DNA from: Auanema rhodensis | Lineage: Eukaryota; Animalia; Nematoda | Reading direction: 5' to 3' | Assembly: GCA_964057225.1 (NCBI GenBank) | Contig: OZ059895.1 | Coordinates: 16,306,001 to 16,370,000 of the forward strand | Length of the DNA stretch: 64,000 nucleotides | In this document: positions 54,101 to 64,000 of the stretch, piece after piece | Layout: each line of letters begins with the position of its first letter | Numbering within the stretch: the stretch's first letter is position 1 | Made by a program: the position numbers and the translations under genes | The notes under the pieces: model-generated | Told to the model about the DNA's origin: nothing | Seen by the model: the letters and a program-made list of their open reading frames with translations, nothing else | The model's database searches: none

Positions 54101-55159
54101 CAAATACAAAATGTATCTATTTCAAGATCTGCGATTGTTAAACAGTTTGGGAACAGGATTTGTCGTTTGCCAACAGAAATTGGAGCTAAGGCTCACACAA
54201 AGCTAGAATATGGTTGGTGATAGTCCCCTTCGTCAACATCCGAAATTAGACATGCCTAACTGAACGCATGAATAATCAAACTTGAGAACAGCTGCGTACC
54301 ATTTTTAGATTTATTCATTCTCATTAGCTTCTCTTTCGTTATATCTCAAGCAAGCTCCTTCTTCATATCTCGGATCACCATAGAACTGAGCAGAATACAT
54401 CAGACGACCAGCTGACATGTATATGAACCAAATGTACGATTTATCCATTCGTTTACGTACATCATAAAACGATCATCGGCGTACCGATTAGATTGACATA
54501 TGAGCAAAATATGAAGACTCAATTGGTTTATAATTGAGAAAGAGGTCGAGATCTGTTAGCTTCTGTTCAAAAGTTGTCATCAATCAGTTAAGCAGTAGAG
54601 AAACTTCGATATTTCTTTCGTTTATAAAGAACTGTCAAAGTTTTAACAAATGTAAGCAACATAAGTTGTTTAATATGTTATAGTTTCAGACGTGAATGAA
54701 AGAGAACTAAGATTGATTACTTCTTTGGCCGATGATCTACGTTTAGTTCTGCTTGAAAGTTCAAATCTTCACACTCCACCTGACACTATTGGGCTACAGT
54801 TGGCTCCTATTATCATACTTTTCAGAATTCGAAACAGAAAAGTTGCGAAATAAGTGGACTCGCATACTAAAGGAAATATCTTAGATTTTGATAAAACTTC
54901 TCAAGAAGAGCGTTCCAGTCGGACAAAAACTTGGAGGATACTTAGCTACTGCGGACTATATGAATTCTACACCAGATGATCAGGTATAGATATTTTAAGA
55001 ATTAAAATTGAAAAAATTTTTAAGGTAAATCTATTGATCGAAGATAATGGACTACCAGAAACAATTCGAAAAATAACAACCTATTTGGAAGATTATTGGA
55101 AAGCACTTCATCCATCTCATCCACTAATGGAAGAAAAATATTTAAACTACGCTGATTAG
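51102..55159 (+). CDS. ccb-2: Voltage-gated calcium channel beta subunit (SH3-GK), divergent, ccb-2-like, 9 exons
   Basis: Exons 51102-51167, 52034-52129, 53091-53213 (VSFAVQCHVDYDG...DFIHVYK), 53666-53904 (RYSHDWWLGRIV...GFVPT), 53947-54075 (PYTVVPSTRPILLMGP), 54127-54212, 54690-54841 (LAPIII), 54885-54983, 55025-55159 (YLEDYWKALHP, TAG). These align by eye with CACNB motifs. TTTCAG at 51088-51093 precedes the ATG. The ccb-2 rather than ccb-1 call rests on divergence and adjacency to pop-1; the first exon is less certain. Confidence 0.85.
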
Positions 55160-56206
55160 ATAGAAAAAAGCTAAAAAAATGGAAATTCAAATAAATATGT
55201 TAACCAATATAATAAATTTAAAAAAATGAAACTTGACATCAGTTAAGTTTCAAAACAATCAAAAATAAAATAATTCTCCAGCCATCACTCAGCATTTGAG
55301 CCTTAAGCACAATAACTTCTCACATCAGCTGTCGCCACTTTTTTTTTGAAATTAATGAAATTATCGGGAAGATAAAAAGATATAATTGCCGACAATATGA
55401 ATCTCCCACTTCAACCTGACACAACGTTAATCAAACTTGGTTGGAATACACTATTTCAAAGAAGGGCTAGTCAAAAAAGTTGAGCATATGGTTAAATGTT
55501 TCTTTATATCTACCGCCATACAATTATTCAGCATTTCATTTCATTTGAACAATATTGCAAATAAATTTTGAAACTTTTTCTCATCTCAGTTGATACTATA
55601 AAACTAAGCTGCGAGAAGTTTCAAAATGAATTGAAAGCTATTTAGAATTAAAGGATAAAACTAAGACATATAGGAGAATGTCCTTCTCCATGATAGAAAG
55701 TATTCGTTTATATTAAACAAATTAACTTAAGTACCGACTTCTATTGAAACAAGGTCCCTTTTCATCTTACAAATATTTTTTCCCGAATATCAAATTCTAG
55801 ATTAATAGATAGCATCATATTAATATTAGAATAGCTACGTATATCGATGATCACTGTGGTATAAAAGAACTCTCATATATAATTATTGTTCTTCTCTTTT
55901 GTTATAACATTATCAACGGTATTAAAATGAAGTATTCTCGAATTTACTCAAATTAGAATGATGGATTTCCTGAAAATGAAGCACTGAAATGTTGCGATCA
56001 GAACTGAAGGGATTTTTTGCTGAAAATACGCAATTTCGCGTTATAACTTTTTAAATAAATTTTTAATTTCGAAGACATTTGGGCTTGAGCCAAAAGTAAA
56101 GAAATTTAAATTTTTAAATTTTTTTTTTCAAACCGATGTTGTTATTATGTACAATTCGTGTTTATTTTTGATACGACTTTTCTTTTATTATTGTTTTTTT
56201 TAAGAA

Positions 56207-58633
56207 ATGGGTTGGCGAGAAAAAGAGAACGAGAAGCTTCGCAGCAAGAAGATTTTGGTAGTGGGTGCTGGAGGAATAGGTTGCGAACTTCTGAAAAATC
56301 TAGTTTTAACTGGCTTTAAGAATATTCATGTTGTAAGTGAAACTTTTTTGTTTAAGCTGAATGAATTTATCGATTTCAGATTGATTTGGATACTATTGAT
56401 GTAACCAATTTAAATAGGCAATTTTTGTTCCGTAGAGAACATGTTGGAAAGTCTAAAGCAGAAGTAAGTTGCATTTTTTTAACAATTGATAAAGATTTTT
56501 TATTTTTTTTTTAAGGTAGCAACAGCTGCAGTGCGCAACTTACTGCCGGATGTTAATATCACCTTTGATCATGGTAGCATTTTCCAGTAAGTTTCACCTT
56601 CCGTAAAATATTTTGCTTACATGTACTTTCCAGAGAGGAATTTGGACTGCACTTTTTTCAAGGATTTGATCTCATTCTGAATGCTCTTGATAATCGAGGT
56701 AGTTATCTATTTTGTATTTCATGTTCTTATTTGTTCTTTTAAGCTGCAAGAACGCATGTGAATCGTTTGTGTTTGGCAGCACGTGTTCCTCTTATCGAGA
56801 GTGGATCTGCAGGTTACAAGGGCCAGGTAACAATTTTACGAATGGGAACTTTTCAATATTCGTTCTCTTAAGGTTACTAACATCATTCGTGATAAATCCG
56901 AGTGCTTCGAATGTCTTGCCAAGCCAGCTCCAAAGTCGTTCCCAAGCTGTACTATTCGCAATACGCCATCTGAACATATTCACTGTACAGTGTGGGCCAA
57001 GCATCTTTTCAAGTATTGTTTTCATTTTATGCTTGTGTTTTTAGTTGAAATTTTTAGCCAACTTTTCGGTGAAGTTATGATTGATGATGATGTCTCTCCT
57101 GATGTCGAGAATGATGCAGATAGCGAAGAAAATTCAACGGAAGCTCCAAAAGATACCGATAACAAGGAAAACGATAAGGATGAAACTGACAAAGGTTTCT
57201 TTATCTAGTTTTTGTAGTTTATCTCGTATTTGTTTAGAAAAGTTAGGTACACGTGCATGGGCTGAAAAAGTGGACTATGATGGATCTCAGCTATTTAAGA
57301 AGGTGGGTTCAATAATTTGAAAACATAAATTATTTCTGTGTTCAGCTTTTCTTCGATGATATTGAATATTTATTGAGAATGGATCATTTGTGGAAGACTC
57401 GTAGACCTCCTACTCCTTTAACTATTGACATTGTTGAAAACAAAGATGGTGGAAATTTTAAGGATACTTTCGTTGGAGATGATAACTGTAAAGTAAGTTC
57501 ACTAGATTTCTGATTTAAATTATATTTCATCTTTAGGTCTGGACTGCTTTGGAAAATGCTCGTGTTTTTGTTGACTGTATTAATAAGTTATTTGAGCGTA
57601 AATCTAAACTTCCTGAAGATTCATTCTTACATTGGGATAAGGATGATGAAGAGGCTATGCAGTTTGTAGCCAGTGCTGCGAACATCCGTGCTATTATTTT
57701 TGGAATTGGATCCAAGAGTTTATTCGATATTAAATGTAATTTCTTTTTTTGTAATTAGGCTTTTACAACATTTTTATTTCAGCTATGGCGGGAAACATTA
57801 TCCCAGCTATCGCTACAACAAACGCTATGGTTGCTGGTATGATCGTAGTTGAAGCTTTGAAATATGTACATGGAAATATCAATAATCTTAGAAATGTATT
57901 CATTCGTTCTCTGCCAAATCCCAGGGGAAAGGTACTTTCTTTATATAGTTTGAGTTTGGAAAAAAATTTTCTTTAGATTTTATGTGATGAGCAGTTACAA
58001 AAGCCTAACCCTCTTTGCTTTGTGTGTGGGGACAAGCGAGAGATTATGGTTAAAGTTAATGCTAACCTCATGACAATTAAGACTTTAGAAGATTCAGTGA
58101 GTGAAGTTTCTTTTCAATATGTTAAATATGTTTTCGAATTTCAGGTTTTGAAGGGGGCCTTGCATATGTTGGCACCTGATGTCATTGAGAAGAACAGTTC
58201 TCGCATTATTATTAGTAGTGAAGAAGGAGAAACTACAGGTTTGTATTTGCTTTACTAATATGGTTGATTAGACTTCTGTCTTGCAGATCTTCAAGAAAAA
58301 ACTCTCGCTGAAATGAAGATAGTTAACGGGGCTATCTTAGCATGCGATGACTTCATTCAAAAATTAGAACTTAATTTACTTATCCTCAACTCAGATAAAT
58401 TAGATGAAAAAGATTACGAGGTTAGCTTTCTTCTCAGTGTTTCTTATTTAGTTTCAACTCTTTTCCAGATTATTCAAGATTCCTCTGCTTCTGAGAATAC
58501 TCCTGAACAACCTAATAAGGCTACTGATACCAAAGAAGAAGATTCTAAAGAATCAAGGAAACGCAAGAGTGTTGCGCCTTCTGATTTGGATGAAATTTCC
58601 AACAAGAGAAATAAACTTGAAGAAGTCGCCTAA
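56207..58633 (+). CDS. uba-2: SUMO-activating enzyme E1 subunit 2 (UBA2/SAE2), ~15 exons
   Basis: [66 protein letters not shown], catalytic [41 protein letters not shown], and a C-terminal basic SRKRK. Introns are ~42-52 nt. Confidence 0.96.
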
Positions 58634-58860
58634 TTATCTTTTTTTTTTTGAAAAATATTTTGGCTTTATTTCTTTGAGTTAATAATACCAAATTGTAAAG
58701 CTACCGTTTATTGTATTCGGTGAAAGATACTCGATTCTATTACGTGTGACAAAGTTTTCTTTTATATTTATGTTTTTCTTTAACTGTGGTGTTTATCCTT
58801 ATTTGGCGTACTTATTTCCAACTATTAACGAACAGTTAACAGTGCTCATTCCTATTCAGA
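58634..58860 (+). promoter_or_regulatory. Intercistronic region uba-2/tbcd-1 with probable SL2-type trans-splice acceptor
   Basis: 227-bp U-rich spacer between same-strand genes, with ATTCAG ending at 58859, one base before the ATG. Confidence 0.7.
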
Positions 58861-61800
58861 ATGCCTATTGAGGCTGAAGAAGATGGTGAAGTCTGTGATG
58901 ATGATGTTATCGGATGTCTTCCTCGTCAGTTACCTGAAATGCATAGGGATTTACTCGAATCATTAGTTGATGCTGTACCTACCTTAGTCAATGATACACT
59001 ACAGCAGGTACATTTCACATCTGCAACTTTATGATGTCATCTGTTATTCCAGCATAATGACGCTAGGTTTCTTCATGTTATTAAGATATATCAGTTGCAA
59101 CCGACATTGTTGGATTGTGTAATACCTAAAATGATAGAAAAACTTTTATCGTTTGTCAACTTTACTGCTCCAAGTAAGAACTAAGTTCGATAATTTCTCT
59201 GGATTATTATTTTAAGCTGATAATACCAACGCTATTGATCTTATTTCAAGTTTATCCCTCAAAAGACTTGCATATATATCTGATGTTAGAGGATATAAAA
59301 CCATTGTTAGATTATTACCTCATGATGTATGTTGTTCTAATGCTTATGAGAAGATACATCTTGAATTTAGGTAACATATCTGGAAAAATTACTCACAGCT
59401 CTAGAACGCCTGGACAAAGTCAACCCAACATTTGAATTTTATTCGAGAAGAATGCTACTCCTGTGGCTTTGGATTGTTTGTAAAAATCCTTTTGAACTCC
59501 GTCGGTAAGAATTACAATTTGATAGAAACAAACTCATAACGTGTATTAAGGTTTGATCCATCAGATAATCCTGGAAAAACAATGCAAAGAATTTTCTCTG
59601 TAGCTATGCCGTATTTATCCTCTACTGTCATAATGCATCAAGTAAGTTTGACTTTAATGTTATCACTTATGATATGATGAATTATAGTATCAAGCTGCTC
59701 TAGTCATATCTCAATGTCTTGCAAGATCTGACGGAGTTCATCTTATAAACGACATATTATCTGTTCAGTTTACTTATCTAACTCAACCAACATCTTCCGA
59801 TAAGCTCTTAGGTAGTCTGATGCTTACGCTATCGGTACTTAAGCATGTACGTTATTTTTTTTTGAAGCTTTCCCAATTGTTATTTATCTTTGTAGGTTGA
59901 AAGAAAACATGTCATTGATTTTATTGAACCTTTAATGAAAGAAATTTCAAAATGTTTTCCTCTAAAGTGTAACAGCGAGTTGGTGAGGAAATCAATTGTG
60001 AAAATTGTACAAAGATCGGCTCTTGTGTTATTAAAGCCAAGACTTGCTACGTGGAGATATAGGTTTTCATATTTGTCTTCATTTGATACTCTAAACTTTA
60101 TCTTACAGACGTGGGCGTCGTCGTTTAGAAGATAATTTGGTAAATGCCCAAGAAGTTCCAGAAGAGCATGGATCTAATGAAACAGTACAAGGCTGTGCTG
60201 ATGACGACGAAGACGACGATGATGATATTCATCCACTGGTACGATTATAAAACTTTATCGTTCTACGACCTTTAAATTCAGATTGAGTTTTGTCTTGACT
60301 GCGTTTTGACAAGCCTATCTGATGAAAGTACAATAGTCCGTTGGTCAGCAGCTAAAGGAGTAGGAAGAATAACAGCCAGGTTGAATAAGCATTTAGCTGT
60401 TCAAGGTTTTTATTACTTGTTTTATGTACTTGTCCAACTATTCTCCTGTTTCTAGTTGTTGAATCTATTATGGCTCGTAGTTTTCATGTTCGAGCCGGAA
60501 ACGGTGCATGGCATGGTGGCTGTATGGCGCTCGCAGAGTTGTCACGCAGGGGCTTTTTACTTCCCGAGCTTTTAGATAAAGTAATTGTCGGTGTTATTAC
60601 TCTGCAAATTCTAATATTTTAGGTATTCCCAGTGGTTCGTGACGCTGTTTTCTATGAAGAACCTATGGGAAGGCATGTTCTTGGAAATAATGTCCGTGAT
60701 GCTGCCTGCTACGTACTATGGGCGTTTGCAAGAGCCTATGAACCAACAGAGCTTCGTCCTTATTTAGACAAAGTTGCGACTAGTCTGGTATTTTTTTTCC
60801 TTAGTTATGATCTTTATTTCATATGGCAGATGTGTGTTGCTCTTTTCGATAGAGAAATAAATCTCCGTCGTGCGGCATCAGCTGCCTTCCAGGAAAATGT
60901 TGGTAGACAATTGAATTTTCCAGATGGTATTTCTCTGTTAACATTGAGTAAGTTTTTGTTTGATATTTTCTGCTTCCAACCTTTTGCTTCAGTCGACTTT
61001 TTTGCCGTTGGAAAGAGACAGAATTGTTATACTAACCTAGCTGTCGAGGTCGTAAAATATCCGAAATATCGCGATGATATTATTGAACATTTGATAACAT
61101 ATAAGGTGAGATCATTTACTTTTTTTCCGCTCATATTAAAATTATAGATTATTCACTGGGATGCTGTTATAAGAAAACAAGCAGCCACTGCTTTGAACTA
61201 TTTAGCTCCTCATCATCCAGAATATATGTGTTCTTGTTTACCGACTTTATTAAATGGCTGTAAAGATTCCAGCCCTGTTAGTTTCAATTTTCTTTTTTTA
61301 GTTATTCAGTTTGTATAGATAAAACGTCATGGATATGTTATGGCTACTGCACATTGCTTGAAGGGTCTGCTTGACGCTAAGTTCAAATCTGAAATAATAG
61401 ATAAGGTAATTTCATTTTCTCCGTTTTTTTTAATACTATAAGTTGTTATAGGCTTTGGAAGAGGTTGGAAACATTCCCATAAATCTTCGCTCAGAAAGTG
61501 AAAAGTTAAAGTCAGTCGGTGGTGAATTAACTCGACTATCACTATTAGAATACATGACAGTTCTTTCAAAAGCACAAATAAAGTTAGAAGAGAATCAGGT
61601 ATACTTTCTATTGCTGATGAGAAGCACAAGAACGATTTTGAATAGATTCACCAATGGCTGTTACTTATTGAAACTATGGCTAAAGATAGTGATGCTAAAG
61701 TTCGTGAAGAAGCTAAAATAACAAGCTCAATTTTCTTCCCTGCCTATTTACTTGATTCCTCACGTTCTCAGCTACTGAACGATATGCAGTCTAATTTTAT

Positions 61801-63529
61801 AAAACAGGTTAGTGAAATCTTTTTATGGGTGAATTCATTGGTTAATGTTTTAGTTAACGTCATTTTCTGTTGAGTATCAAGCTCTAGGTATATGCAATAT
61901 CGCTCGTTTTGTACCAGCTGAACTATTTTCTGATGAACTTTTTACTACTATCTCTAATCTTATTCAAAAGTTAGCACCTTATCTGGATAATGAACTTTGA
62001 ATTTTACAACTTATGTTTAAAGGCCAGGCGCGATGGATAAAAAATGGGCTGTGATGCGTGCATCTGCTGTGGAAACTCTTACAACTGTTTACCTTGCAAA
62101 TAACAAACCTAATTGGAAGACCGTTTGCTATGATTCTATTTTCACTGGTCTAGCCGAATATACTGAAGATAATACTGGAGATATTGGACGAAAAGTAAAT
62201 TTTTATCAGAGTTAGTTATTGTCTTCTTTTGTCTTTTTAGGTTCGCGAAATTTCGTTGAGATGTTTGTCAAATATTCTGATTCATCCCACCACTACGTTG
62301 GAAGAAAAAAAGCAATACATTCCCATTTCTGTCGGTAAGATGATCCAACAAAGTGCGGAAAGAATAGGCGGAACCCGTCAAGTTTGTGTCAAAGGTTTCA
62401 ACAGCCATTTACATATGGATTATAGTGTGCTTGTGAAGCTATAAATGCTGTAATCAATTGTGCAGCGACTAGATCCTTTGTTCCATTTGTTTCCGATCTA
62501 GATCTGCTATACAATGACAGTTCCTTATTCACACATGTTTGTTTTTTGTTAGAGATAAAATCATCGCGATTTATATTCAGGATAATGTTCTAACTACACT
62601 AGCTCCTCTGTTCTTCTGTGATGTTTATTTCAAGCATTTGGTACACGGACTGATGATTTCTGCTGGTACTTATTTTGATTTCTTGGACCATTACTAATTC
62701 AATTCCATTACAGGCGGTCTAAGTGATGTAACTACTAAACATGCTTCTCAAGTATTATTGGAATATTTGAATATCATCTCAGATGATTTAGAGGCATGTT
62801 TCTTAATTCTTAAATATAATAATTCTTTAAGTATGTTTTAGTTGGTTGAAAAGCTATTCCAAACAATTGCTGATATCTTAATTAGAGGAATAAAAGTAAC
62901 ACGAATGAGAGATTGTGTTTTGCGAGTCCTACCACAGGTTTGTCAAATACTTATTTTAATAATTTTAATTTTTTCGATCAATGATATATAATTTTTAGTT
63001 GTTGAGCAGGTTACCTGATAACGTCGAATATATTGAGAATTCGGCATCCATTTCAAAAATTTTGGGAATCACGGAAAAGGTGGTTTGATTTAATTCTTTT
63101 CATGAGTTTTTCATTTGTTTACAGATTATTCATTCTCCCTCAGGTGCTCCTTTCCGAATAAGGTTAGGATTAGAAGCTTTCTCATCCCTTCTGGCCCTTC
63201 CTTACTCTTCCAAGCTGTGGATTCAATCAGCTCGATTAGTAAACTAATAAATTTAAAAAACTTCTTAACGATACATTTAGTTGGCTGATACCTTATCTAA
63301 TCAGATGCCAGCTATTCGTAGGGCAGCAGCTGGCTCGCTCTATGAAGCTCTTTTTGTACTTGACAACATTGATGAAGAGGTAAAATCAGCCATTTTTGAT
63401 TTTGTAAAGTTTCCTTGTTTCTAGCTTTTGGATATTTTATGTCAGACACCTTGGCACGATACAAACAGCGCAGAATTTTTTGAAGAAAAGGGTTCAAGAG
63501 TACAAGAGTTATTATGTAAACTAACATAA
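58861..63529 (+). CDS. tbcd-1: Tubulin-specific chaperone D (TBCD), ~28 exons
   Basis: [128 protein letters not shown]. Stop TAA at 63527-63529. Includes one GC-AG intron (62794-62841). Confidence 0.95.
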
Positions 63530-63758
63530 AAGCTCGTATATTTAAACTGTTGGTGTATTGCTTGTGATGTTTTTTTGATCTCACAACCAATGTAGGTTGG
63601 CTTTTTTGTTGTCAAAAGTTGTTTTTTATCTTGTTTTTTCAAGTTTTATATTAAATGGGATTTATATACATATTATTAACAATATTTTTCACAATGGCTT
63701 TTCCATAATAGGGTATATCTCGATTAGAGTTAAATTAGAAACATCAATAAGCATTTAG
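63530..63758 (+). promoter_or_regulatory. Intercistronic region tbcd-1/next gene with probable trans-splice acceptor
   Basis: 229-bp U-rich spacer, with ATTTAG ending at 63758 directly before the ATG. Confidence 0.65.
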
Positions 63759-64000
63759 ATGAGTGATCTTATTAAGGAGCTTAGAAGTATATGTATTACG
63801 GGAGAAGCTACTGCTTCTGCTATTTGTAAAAAATACAAGTTAGTTTACAGAACATTAATTTGATGAATCAAATAAAATTTTAGGGATTTTATTGGTAAAC
63901 CCGTAAGTGAAGAAGAAATACTATCGGCTCTTCAATCTAAAGAGTTTAAAAAAAATGATATGGTACATCATCTGCGCATTTTTTAAAATTTATATATTTT
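63759..64000 (+). CDS. 5' end of a third operon gene, truncated; N-terminus resembles a LOTUS/OST-HTH domain
   Basis: ATTTAG sits immediately before ATG 63759. Exons 63759-63838 and 63884-63962 are joined by a 45-nt GT-AG intron and encode MSDLIKELRSICITGEATASAICKKYKDFIGKPVSEEEILSALQSKEFKKNDM. The gene is well supported; the domain call is tentative. Confidence 0.7.

Overview
AT-rich eukaryotic DNA, almost certainly a rhabditid (clade V) nematode: introns of 40-60 nt, TTTCAG/TTTTAG acceptors, probable trans-splice sites just before ATGs, and a C. elegans-type tRNA-Glu. The supplied ORF track is mostly microsatellite noise, so I rebuilt the real genes by hand from spliced exons. From left to right: larp-5/LARP4 (+, 6835-19537, 9.2-kb first intron, tRNA-Glu(CTC) inside a later intron); pop-1/TCF (-, 31676-24040, HMG box plus C-clamp); about 19 kb with no confident gene; a divergent Ca-channel beta subunit, ccb-2-like (+, 51102-55159); and a compact probable operon of uba-2, tbcd-1 and a third, LOTUS-like gene truncated at the window end. 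The first ~22 kb is packed with (GA/CT)n microsatellites. The leading hunt results are three structured non-coding elements, all judged by eye and unproven: a ~420-nt telomerase-RNA-like candidate at 42.74-43.16 kb, an element in pop-1 intron 6 and one in larp-5 intron 3. Also notable are a possible upstream larp-5 coding exon, a 65-aa acidic repeat microprotein ORF, pop-1/ccb-2 microsynteny with C. elegans, and frequent AAG acceptors plus one GC-AG intron.
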